Assembly (NCBI GenBank): GCA_965200465.1
Contig: OZ241358.1
Location: forward strand, 1,189,872 to 1,253,871
Direction: 5' to 3'
DNA from: Candidatus Azophilus sp.
GTDB taxonomy: Bacteria; Pseudomonadota; Gammaproteobacteria; Pseudomonadales; Azotimanducaceae
Length of the DNA: 64,000 bases
The notes under the pieces: generated by a model
Told to the model about the DNA's origin: nothing
Seen by the model: the letters and a program-made list of their open reading frames with translations, nothing else
Databases searched by the model: none
Made by a program: the position numbers and the translations under genes
Part shown: positions 55,228 to 63,218 of the stretch, piece by piece
Layout of the letters: every line of letters begins with the position of its first letter
How positions within the stretch are numbered: position 1 is the first letter of the stretch

Positions 55228-56952
55228 ATGCAATCCCGTCGAGCTCCGCCGGAGGACGCCATAAGGATTTTCTTCGAAGGTCGGGAAATTCGCTGCCGTC
55301 CGGGGCTGTCGCTGGCCGCCGCCCTGACCCAAGCGGGCGAACTGCGGCTTCGGGATGCCGGGCCCGGCGGAGTGCGCGGCCTGTTCTGCGGCATGGGCGT
55401 CTGCCAGGAGTGCCGGGTTGATCTGGACGACCGCCAAGGCGTTCGCGCCTGCATGTGCTTGGCGGAGGACGGCCAGCGCCTGTCTCGGCATCGGCGTCTC
55501 CGTCCCCGGAATGCGCAAGGCTTCCATGTCGGCGGCAACGGCGATTGCCAGCCCTGGGCGCCGGACATTCTGGTGATTGGCGCGGGGCCGGGCGGACTGG
55601 CCGCGGCCGCGCTCGCCGCGGAAGCCGGCGCCGATGTGGTGCTGGTGGATGATCGCACCCATCCCGGCGGCCAGTTCTACAAGCAGCCGGCCTCTCCCCG
55701 CCATGTGCCTGCCTCTCTCGCCGGAGATCCGCAGTTCGCGGCCGGTCGGGCGCTCATCGAACGGGCCGAGCGCTCCGGCGCCAAGCGGCTGGCCGCCACG
55801 GAAATCTGGGGTGCCTTCCCGCCCAACGAATTCGCCGCCGCGCACCTTGACGGCAGTTGTATGTTCAAGCCGAAGCGAACGATCGTCGCCACCGGCGCCT
55901 TCGAGCGAGGGCTGCCGCTGCCGGGTTGGACCCTGCCCGGCGCCATGACCACTGGTGCGGCGCAAACCTTGCTGCGCGCGCATGGCGTGCTGCCGGGCCG
56001 GCGCGTGCTGGTGGCCGGCAATGGGCCGCTGAACCTGCAAGTGGCCTTGGAATTGAAGCGGGCGGGCGCGCAGGTGGCGGCCGTGGCGGAACTCTCGGCG
56101 GCGCCTGGCCCAGCCGCGCTCGGCCAAGCTTGGCGGATGCTGCGCAATGCGCCCGGCCTGACCTTCAAGGGCTTGGCTTGCTTGGCCGGGTTGCGTTGGG
56201 CGGGGGTGCCGGTGCTGCATCAGCGCATTCTGACCGCGGTGGAGAAGGGTGGCACCGGCCTGATCGCCTGGCTTGGCCGAATCGGCCCCGAGGGGCCGAC
56301 CAAGGAGGTCCGCTTCGAGGTCGATGCCGTGTGCATGGGGTATGGCTTTCAGCCCAGCAATGAACTGCTCAAGTGCCTTGGCTGCCGCCACCGCTACGAT
56401 GAACGCTTCGGCCAGCTGGTCGTTGCACGAAGCGCCGACTGCGAAACCAGCCTGCCCGGCATCTACGCCATCGGCGACTGCTGCGGCCTGGGCGGGGCGC
56501 CGGCGGCGATTCGGGAGGGCATTCTGGCCGCCACGGCGGCGGTCCGCTCCCTAGGCCTGAATCTTGCGCCCCGCATGCTCGCAGAACGCCGCGCCGCGCT
56601 GCGGGAACTGCGCCGGCAGCGGGCCTTTCAGTCCGCGCTCTGGCAGCTGTTCGCCGCGCCGCGCTTTCAGACCGAATTGGCCGAACCGGATACGCCGATC
56701 TGCCGCTGCGAAAACGTTTGCCTCGGCGACATCGAAGAAGCGCTGAACCGGGGCGATGCATCCATCGGCATGCTCAAGCGGCGCACCCGTTTGGGCATGG
56801 GCCTCTGCCAAGGCCGCTACTGCGCCCCGCTGGCGGCGGCCATGATTGCCCGGCGAACAGGCCATCCCTTGGACGAATTTTCCTTTTTCGCCCCCCGCAT
56901 CCCCCTTCGGCCCATCGCCATCGGCCGGCTGGCGCAGCCGAAATTTGCTTGA
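55228..56952 (+). CDS. FAD/NAD(P)-binding oxidoreductase with N-terminal 2Fe-2S and C-terminal BFD-like 2Fe-2S domains (opine-oxidase subunit A / HcnAB-like)
   Basis: N-terminus IFFEGREIRCRPGLSLAAAL...FCGMGVCQECRV. The dinucleotide fold is ILVIGAGPGGLAAAALAA with a second one at VLVAGNGPLNLQVA. The C-terminus has CRCENVCLGDI...GMGLCQGRYC. The last 7 codons plus the stop lie in the 52-bp repeat. Confidence 0.8.
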   Translation: MQSRRAPPEDAIRIFFEGREIRCRPGLSLAAALTQAGELRLRDAGPGGVRGLFCGMGVCQECRVDLDDRQGVRACMCLAEDGQRLSRHRRLRPRNAQGFHVGGNGDCQPWAPDILVIGAGPGGLAAAALAAEAGADVVLVDDRTHPGGQFYKQPASPRHVPASLAGDPQFAAGRALIERAERSGAKRLAATEIWGAFPPNEFAAAHLDGSCMFKPKRTIVATGAFERGLPLPGWTLPGAMTTGAAQTLLRAHGVLPGRRVLVAGNGPLNLQVALELKRAGAQVAAVAELSAAPGPAALGQAWRMLRNAPGLTFKGLACLAGLRWAGVPVLHQRILTAVEKGGTGLIAWLGRIGPEGPTKEVRFEVDAVCMGYGFQPSNELLKCLGCRHRYDERFGQLVVARSADCETSLPGIYAIGDCCGLGGAPAAIREGILAATAAVRSLGLNLAPRMLAERRAALRELRRQRAFQSALWQLFAAPRFQTELAEPDTPICRCENVCLGDIEEALNRGDASIGMLKRRTRLGMGLCQGRYCAPLAAAMIARRTGHPLDEFSFFAPRIPLRPIAIGRLAQPKFA

Positions 56953-56980
56953 AAACCGTCTTGACTGACCGTTTTGCCGC
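56929..56980. repeat. 52-bp perfect direct repeat, copy 2
   Basis: Identical to 35041-35092 in the same orientation, 21,888 bp downstream. Degenerate similarity continues for about 12 nt on the right side. Confidence 0.9.
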
Positions 56981-57029
56981 TTCTATGCTTCTGCCTTGAG
57001 CCTGCAAGGATTTGGTTTAGGGGGGTTTC

Positions 57030-58346
57030 ATGACGGTTTACCGCAAGATCGATCGGTTCGCGGACCCGCAGACGTCAAAGACGCCGGCGCACAAGGAGCC
57101 GGATCCGGACCTGGGGCACGACTTCATCCCCAAGGAGCGCTACACCTCGCCGGAATTCATGCGCCGGGAGTGGGACAAGCTGTGGACCAAGGTGTGGCTT
57201 ATGGGCGCTTGGGAGGGGGATCTGCGGAACCCCGGGGACTACGTCACCACCAAGATCGGCACGGAGTGCATCGTCATCACCAAGGACGAGAACCACCAGT
57301 ACAACGCCTTCTACAACGTCTGCTCCCACCGCGGCAACCAGGTGGCCTACGGCCCCGCCGGCAACACGGAGACCTTCCGCTGCTCCTACCACCTGTGGGA
57401 GTACAACCTGCGCGGGGAGCTCATCCACGTGCCGGACGCGGAGACCTTCCCGCAAGGCGCCCCCTGCGACAAGCTGTCCATCGTGCGCCTGCCCTGCGAC
57501 AGCTGGGGCGGCTGGGTTTGGTTCAGCCTGAACCCCAACGCGGAGCCCCTGCGGGACTACCTGGGCATGATCCCGCAGCACCTGGACCCCTACCACTTCG
57601 ACCGCATGACCCTGGTGAACGACGTCACCGTGGAGTGGGACTGCAACTGGAAGACCTCCGTCGACGCCTTCAACGAGACCTACCACGTCTTCGGCACCCA
57701 CCCGCAGCTCACCACCATGCTGGAGGACATGGACGTGCAGATCGACTGCTACGAGCGCCACAACCGCTACCTCATTCCCTTCGGCTGCGTCAGCACCCAC
57801 ATCAAGGACGGCACCATCATCACGGAGGAGTTGAAGGACTACATGCGCCTCAACCTGCTGGACCCGGACAGCTACCAGGGGGACGGCCTTGGCGTGCGCC
57901 GGGCGGTGCAGCTGAACTGGCGCAAGATCGCCGGCGGCATGGGCTTTGACTTTGACGACTTGAACGACGATCAGCTTTCGGATGACTACCACTACCTGAT
58001 CTTCCCCAACATCACCATGAACATCCACTGCAACAGCGTGATGATCTTCCGCCAGCGCCCGCACGAGACCGACCCCAACAAGATGTACTACGACCTGCAG
58101 AACTACTCCCTGTTCCCGGCCGGCCAGGAGCCGCCGCCAAGGCCGCAGCATCAGCAGTTCAAGCACGGCGAGCAGTCCATCGGCGAGGTGCTGGACCAGG
58201 ACGCCTCCAACTTGGCGATGGTGCAGGCCGGCATGAACTCGGCCGGCTATCGGGGGCTTTGGATCTCCAGCCAGGAGCTGCGCATCCGCCACTTCCACAA
58301 GACCATCGACGACTACCTGCAGCGCAACCCCATCAAGTGGATGTAG
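57030..58346 (+). CDS. Rieske non-heme iron oxygenase, alpha subunit (alpha-only type, GbcA/Stc2/CntA-like class suspected)
   Basis: Rieske motif CSHRGNQV...FRCSYHLWEY and a catalytic-domain His/Asp region (FNETYHVFGTHP). No beta-subunit gene is adjacent. Confidence 0.85.
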   Translation: MTVYRKIDRFADPQTSKTPAHKEPDPDLGHDFIPKERYTSPEFMRREWDKLWTKVWLMGAWEGDLRNPGDYVTTKIGTECIVITKDENHQYNAFYNVCSHRGNQVAYGPAGNTETFRCSYHLWEYNLRGELIHVPDAETFPQGAPCDKLSIVRLPCDSWGGWVWFSLNPNAEPLRDYLGMIPQHLDPYHFDRMTLVNDVTVEWDCNWKTSVDAFNETYHVFGTHPQLTTMLEDMDVQIDCYERHNRYLIPFGCVSTHIKDGTIITEELKDYMRLNLLDPDSYQGDGLGVRRAVQLNWRKIAGGMGFDFDDLNDDQLSDDYHYLIFPNITMNIHCNSVMIFRQRPHETDPNKMYYDLQNYSLFPAGQEPPPRPQHQQFKHGEQSIGEVLDQDASNLAMVQAGMNSAGYRGLWISSQELRIRHFHKTIDDYLQRNPIKWM

Positions 58347-58352
58347 GCCCAG

Positions 58353-58697
58353 GTGAAGCCGGCGGTTGCCATGGCGGCGGTGGGCGAGGGCGAGATGGCC
58401 GCTTGCCAAGTTGAGGGCGTCAAGGTTCTCGTTTGCCAGGTGGAGGGCCGTTTCTACGCCCTGCACGACCAATGCAGCCACGCCCGCCAAGCGCTGCACG
58501 GGGGAACCCTGAGCGGCCATCAGTTGCGCTGCCCGCTGCACGGCGGCAGGTTTGACGTGCGCACCGGAAAGTGCCTCGGCCCGCCGGCTGTTTTGCCGGT
58601 GCAGACCTTTCCCTTGCAGTTGCAAGCGGGTAAGGTGCATGTGGACGTGTCCGGCGCCAAGGACAGGCCGCGCCCGCAGTTCGGGCCGCTGAACTGA
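58353..58697 (+). CDS. Rieske-type ferredoxin component
   Basis: 114 aa with CSHARQAL...LRCPLHGGRFD (CxH...CxxH). GTG start at 58353 or ATG at 58371. Confidence 0.8.
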   Translation: MKPAVAMAAVGEGEMAACQVEGVKVLVCQVEGRFYALHDQCSHARQALHGGTLSGHQLRCPLHGGRFDVRTGKCLGPPAVLPVQTFPLQLQAGKVHVDVSGAKDRPRPQFGPLN

Positions 58698-58788
58698 GCG
58701 TCCGCTTGGCCGCCGCTTCAATGGGGAAGGTTCAAGCTCGGCTTTGGGCCGGCAAGACAAGCAACAACGTCTTTTAAGGAGGACAGCA

Positions 58789-59547
58789 ATGGATCTGCAA
58801 CTTAAGGGCTGCAAGGCCCTGATCACCGGGGGCTCCAAGGGCATCGGCCGCGCCATAGCGGACCGGCTGGCCGACGAGGGCTGCAACGTCGCCATCTGCG
58901 CGCGCAACGAAGAGCAGGTCAATGACGCGGTGGCGGCCCTTGCCGCCAAGGGCGTGACCGCTTTCGGCCAAGCCGTTGACGTGGCCGACGGGGACGCCCT
59001 CAAGGCTTGGGTGGCGGCCTCCGCCGAGGCCTTGGGCGGCATCGACAACATCGTCGCCAACGTCTCCGGCCCCAACGCCCAGGGGGACGCCGGCTGGCAA
59101 GCCAAGTTCGACGTCGACGTCATGGGCACCGTGCGCATGGTGGAGGCGGCCACGCCCCACTTGGAGAACTCCGAAAACGCCAGTGCGCTGATCATCTCCA
59201 CCACGGCGGCCTTGGAGCGGTTCATCGGCCCCGGTGCCTACAACGCCATGAAGGCCGGGCTGCTGAACTACTCCGGCGCCCTTTCCCAGGCCTTGGCCGG
59301 CAAGGGCATTCGGGTGAACGCCATCTCGCCGGGGCCGATCTTCATTGACGGCGGCGCCTGGGACAACATCAAGCAGCACATGACGGCCTTCTACGACGCC
59401 ACGTTGGCGGACATCCCGCTGGGGCGCATGGGCAAGGCTTCGGAGGTTGCCGCCCAGGCGGCGCTCCTGGCCAGCCCCTTGGGGGCCTTCACCACGGGCG
59501 CCAACATCGTCATTGACGGCGGCCTCACCAAGCGCATTCAGTTCTAG
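58789..59547 (+). CDS. SDR family oxidoreductase
   Basis: The ATG at 58789 follows RBS aaggagga. TGGSKGIGRAI and YNAMKAG (YxxxK). Confidence 0.85.
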   Translation: MDLQLKGCKALITGGSKGIGRAIADRLADEGCNVAICARNEEQVNDAVAALAAKGVTAFGQAVDVADGDALKAWVAASAEALGGIDNIVANVSGPNAQGDAGWQAKFDVDVMGTVRMVEAATPHLENSENASALIISTTAALERFIGPGAYNAMKAGLLNYSGALSQALAGKGIRVNAISPGPIFIDGGAWDNIKQHMTAFYDATLADIPLGRMGKASEVAAQAALLASPLGAFTTGANIVIDGGLTKRIQF

Positions 59548-59549
59548 CC

Positions 59550-60314
59550 GTGGCCGAAGCGGAGAACAGAACCGTCAACGTCCACATGGTGGCGGCGGGC
59601 AAGTACCACGACATCGACTTCGCCCGCTTGGAGCTGTTGAAGCTGCTGGCGGAGGATGAGCGCATCCGGGTGCGGGTGGCGCCGGACTACCATGACTTGG
59701 ACGGCATCCGCGCGGCGGACTTCCTCATCACCTACACCTGCGATCTGGTGCCGGAGGACGAGGAGCAGGTTGCGTTGCGGGACTACATCGCCTCCGGCAA
59801 GCGCTGGTTCGCCCTGCACGGCACCAACGCCATCCTCAGGTTCCTGGAGGACGGGCGGGTCGATGCGCCGGAAACCGCGCCGGTGCTGATGCAGACCTTG
59901 GGCACCCAGTTCCTGGCCCATCCGCCCATTCAGCCCTTCAAGGTCATGCTGTCGGACCCGGAGCACGAGCTGGTCAAGGGCATCAACGAGTTCGAGACCG
60001 ATGACGAGCTTTACCTTTGCCGGGTTCACGGCGACCTGCATCGGCTGTTGGAAACCCGCTTCCACGGGGACGTCCAAGGCTGGGTGCATGACCAATGGCC
60101 AGAGGACGAGCCGCGGCCGGTCTATTACATCAACCGGGTGGGGCAGGGCGAAGTGCTGTACCTGAACCTCGGCCACTGCCGGGGGCACTACGACATGCAG
60201 CCCATCATGGACTACTACCCGGAAATGGAGCGCGGCAGTTGGCGGCGGCAGGAGTACTACGAACTGCTGCGGCGCGGCATCCGCTACTGCGCGGAGCGGG
60301 CGCTGGCGGCTTGA
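59550..60314 (+). CDS. ThuA-like domain protein (tentative)
   Basis: VHMVAAGKYHDIDFARLELLKLL...FLITYTCDLVP...WFALHGTN resembles the ThuA / class-I glutamine-amidotransferase-like fold. Family recall is moderate. Start is GTG 59550 or ATG 59586. Confidence 0.5.
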   Translation: MAEAENRTVNVHMVAAGKYHDIDFARLELLKLLAEDERIRVRVAPDYHDLDGIRAADFLITYTCDLVPEDEEQVALRDYIASGKRWFALHGTNAILRFLEDGRVDAPETAPVLMQTLGTQFLAHPPIQPFKVMLSDPEHELVKGINEFETDDELYLCRVHGDLHRLLETRFHGDVQGWVHDQWPEDEPRPVYYINRVGQGEVLYLNLGHCRGHYDMQPIMDYYPEMERGSWRRQEYYELLRRGIRYCAERALAA

Positions 60315-60410
60315 CTGCGCAGGCAAGATCGCTTCGGCGGTCATGCCTGCGGCTAGGCGCTCTTGACGCATCCCAAAGCTTTGGCGCCCGCAACGGGAGG
60401 TTGCTTAGAC

Positions 60411-61379
60411 ATGGCCATTAAGCCGTTCCGCTTCGCCGTGCAGTCCTTCAACGCCCAGAGCGGGGAGGACTGGGCCAACCAGGTTCGCCAAGCGGAGCAA
60501 CTGGGCTATTCGGCCTTCCACTTGGCGGACCATCTGATCGGCCCCGGCCCAGCGCTGGAGAGGACCAACCATCCGGTGCAGAACCTAGCGGCCGTCCCGG
60601 CCATGGCCTACGCGGCGGCGGTGACCGAGCGCATCCGCATCGGCTGCCGGGTGTTCTGCATCGACTACTACAACCCCGTGGTGCTGGTGAAGTCCGCCAT
60701 GACCATCGACCTCCTGTCCGGCGGGCGCTTGGAGTTCGGCCTAGGCGCCGGCTGGCTTAAGGAGGAGTACGCCGCCATCGGCCTGCAGTTCGACCCGCCC
60801 AGGGAGCGCATCGACCGTTTGGCGGATGTGCTGGAGGGGGTGCAGGCGTTTCGCGGCGAGGGCCACGCCGACTTGGCCAACGCCACCCTGTCCTGGCGGG
60901 ACTTCGAGGGCCTGCCCAAACCCGTCTCCAAGCCGCCCATCATGATCGGCGGCGGCAGCCCCAGGGTGCTGCGCTTGGCCGGGCGCGAGGCGGACATCGT
61001 GAGCCTCAACTTCAACAACCGCGCTGGGGTGATCGGCCCGGACGGTGTGCAAATGTCCACGGAGGAGGAGACCCGCCGCAAGATCGGCTGGATTCGGGAG
61101 GGCGCCGGGGAGCGCTTTGACGACCTGGAAATTGAGATCGGCGCCTACTTCACGGAGGTGGCCGAAGATCCGGCGCCGGTGCTGGCCGGCTTCGCGCAGA
61201 TGTTCGGCCTGCCGGAGGCGGAGGTGGCCAAGCATCCCCACGCCCTGATCGGCAATGTTGACGCCATTTGCAACGAACTGCAGCGCCGCCGCGAACTGTT
61301 TGGCATCTCCTACGTCACCGTCGGCGCGGACACCATGCGGGCTTTTGCCCCTGTGGTGGAGCGGCTGGCCGGAAGATAG
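60411..61379 (+). CDS. LLM-class (luciferase-like) flavin/F420-dependent oxidoreductase
   Basis: The ATG at 60411 follows RBS gggagg. FRFAVQSF...AEQLGYSAFHLADHL and LSGGRLEFGLGAGW are typical LLM blocks. Confidence 0.8.
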   Translation: MAIKPFRFAVQSFNAQSGEDWANQVRQAEQLGYSAFHLADHLIGPGPALERTNHPVQNLAAVPAMAYAAAVTERIRIGCRVFCIDYYNPVVLVKSAMTIDLLSGGRLEFGLGAGWLKEEYAAIGLQFDPPRERIDRLADVLEGVQAFRGEGHADLANATLSWRDFEGLPKPVSKPPIMIGGGSPRVLRLAGREADIVSLNFNNRAGVIGPDGVQMSTEEETRRKIGWIREGAGERFDDLEIEIGAYFTEVAEDPAPVLAGFAQMFGLPEAEVAKHPHALIGNVDAICNELQRRRELFGISYVTVGADTMRAFAPVVERLAGR

Positions 61380-61582
61380 TTATCCCGCATAGGACAAAAC
61401 GGCACAAATGGCGAAGGAAACACGGATCCGGGAGGCTGGCGGCAACTTCATCAAAGACTCCAGTACGAAGAACGAGTTGGTGCCGTTTGCTTCCGGTGTG
61501 AAGACCGAAATTGTGCGGAGGGCGTAATGGCAACGACGTATGACAAAGTAGACACTACCCAGACGGCGAAGACTGTCCGAGC

Positions 61583-61837
61583 TTGGAGGCCGCAAAAGTC
61601 CACTTCGACGTTCTGATGGGCTGGCTCCAGTCCCGGCACTTGCTGTCGGAAGAAGGGCGGGAAGCAATGGAGGTCGGCATCGATTCGGACTTTTCGCTTA
61701 CCTCATACATGCTCACCGACAAGGGCCACCAGCTTTTGACTGCCTGCTATGCGGAATGGACCAGCACGGTGAGGTATGGAGTGCGGCCATCCATGAACGT
61801 TCTTGAGGAGCATCTGCAGAGGATCGCACTAAGGTAG
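61583..61837 (+). CDS. Hypothetical small protein (doubtful)
   Basis: 84-codon ORF with a TTG start in a lower-GC stretch (52% in a spot-counted line). No recognisable family. Confidence 0.3.
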   Translation: MEAAKVHFDVLMGWLQSRHLLSEEGREAMEVGIDSDFSLTSYMLTDKGHQLLTACYAEWTSTVRYGVRPSMNVLEEHLQRIALR

Positions 61838-61888
61838 GAGTGCAGGGGTCAGGAAGGCAAATGGGTCGTGCTATTGCGGCATATCGGC

Positions 61889-63022
61889 CTAGCCTCCAGC
61901 GAGGTCGCCGTTTGAGCAGACCGTGAACAGATGGCCGCGCCGCCTGACTTGGTAGGGCTTGCGGGCGAGGGGCGTCGCCACATAGTTGTTGCCGATTGGA
62001 TAGCGTTTGCGGAAAGCCTCCACCGGTGCCGGGTTCAGCTTGTCCGGGTTGATCTTGCATTCCACTAGGTCAACGCGGCCCTCGGTGCGCCGAATTACGA
62101 AGTCCAGCTCGCGGCGCGCCTTGTCCTGCCAGTACAGCACGTTGTCCTCAGCGAAGCGCATCAGCAGCGCGTCCAGCACCAGATGCTCCCAAAGGAGGCC
62201 GCGGTCGTCATCGCGAATGGCGTCCCAGCCCTTTGCGTGCGTGACGAAGCCGGTGTCGAAGGCGTAGCACTTGGGGCGGCTGATGATCTCCTGCTTGCCG
62301 TCGCCGTGGAACGGACGCAGCAGGTGGACGGCATGGGCCGTGTACATGGCTTCGATGTGGGCCTTCACCGTCGGCCGGCTCAGTTCCGAGAGGGAGGCAA
62401 GCTGACTGAAATCGAGCTGGCCGCCGCTGCGCTGCAACAACAGCCGGAAGAGCGTGAGAAAGCCCTGCCGGTTGCGGATGCCGAACAACTCGAGGATGTC
62501 ACGGGCGTAGAAGCTGTCGATCCACTCGCTGAAGAAAGCCGGGTCTTTGTTTGCGGCCAACAGGGGTTCCGGCAGGCCGCCGTGGAGCAGACGATGATCT
62601 AGGCTGGTTGCGCCGAACGCCTCGCATTCCTCCCAAGGCACCGGCCGCAGATGGACGACCGCCTTGCGTCCGGTCAAGGAGTCGCGAAACTTGCTTGTGG
62701 CGGCGAGCGTGGAGGAACCGGTGGCCAGCACCCGCAGGCTGCTGTATTGGTCCGCCGCAATTTTCAGCAACTGGCTTGGGTCGGGAAGGCGATGCACTTC
62801 GTCAAAGATCAGGGTGGCGCCCTGTTGCTGGCTCTCGTAGAACAGTTCAGGGTCTGCAAGCGCCCGCTGCGTGGAGGGCAGGTCGCAGTTGAGGTACGTC
62901 GCGTCCCCAAGCATCTTGGCGAGCGTCGTCTTCCCCACCCGGCGTACGCCGGAGAGCCATGCAATTGGCCGCTGCGACCACGCAGCGCGGATTTTTCGCA
63001 GCCAATACGTTCGCTGGATCAT
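61889..63022 (-). CDS. AAA-family ATPase with DUF4143-type C-terminal domain
   Basis: Walker A GVRRVGKTTL, Walker B LIFDEVH, and a C-terminal block with a restriction-endonuclease-like fold (ELDFVI...VDLVECK) typical of AAA_14/DUF4143 proteins. Confidence 0.8.
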   Translation of the reverse strand: MIQRTYWLRKIRAAWSQRPIAWLSGVRRVGKTTLAKMLGDATYLNCDLPSTQRALADPELFYESQQQGATLIFDEVHRLPDPSQLLKIAADQYSSLRVLATGSSTLAATSKFRDSLTGRKAVVHLRPVPWEECEAFGATSLDHRLLHGGLPEPLLAANKDPAFFSEWIDSFYARDILELFGIRNRQGFLTLFRLLLQRSGGQLDFSQLASLSELSRPTVKAHIEAMYTAHAVHLLRPFHGDGKQEIISRPKCYAFDTGFVTHAKGWDAIRDDDRGLLWEHLVLDALLMRFAEDNVLYWQDKARRELDFVIRRTEGRVDLVECKINPDKLNPAPVEAFRKRYPIGNNYVATPLARKPYQVRRRGHLFTVCSNGDLAGG

Positions 63023-63034
63023 AAGTCAACTTTA

Positions 63035-63052
63035 CATTTAGTGCGCTAAATG
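63035..63052. promoter_or_regulatory. Palindrome CATTTAG-N4-CTAAATG upstream of the AAA ATPase gene
   Basis: Perfect 7-bp inverted repeat 13-30 nt upstream of the minus-strand ATG at 63022. A third CATTTAG heptamer lies at 63085-63091. An operator role is speculative. Confidence 0.3.
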
Positions 63053-63218
63053 GCAAGTACGATTTACACTTGGTTGCATCCATCCATTTAGACGCCACAG
63101 GAGGCAGGGGCAGGGCGCTCCAGGGCCGCCAAGGCGGGACCGGCTTCCATCGCGGGCATCCTGAAGGCGGCTGGTTTATCATCGCCGCTCCCCGTGCGCA
63201 AAAATCGAGGCCCCTTAC

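Noticed and set aside
53401-56391. 996-aa minus-strand ORF, the longest in this part of the track
   Set aside because: It lies antisense to four well-supported plus-strand genes (SDR, SnoaL-like, FAD/2Fe-2S oxidoreductase and others). The product is Arg/Gly/Ala/Pro-rich with no motifs. It is a typical high-GC shadow ORF.
57075-59225. 716-aa minus-strand ORF
   Set aside because: It is antisense to the Rieske oxygenase, Rieske ferredoxin and SDR genes, all of which have clear catalytic motifs. Its composition is Val/Ala/Gly/Leu/Arg-rich and featureless.
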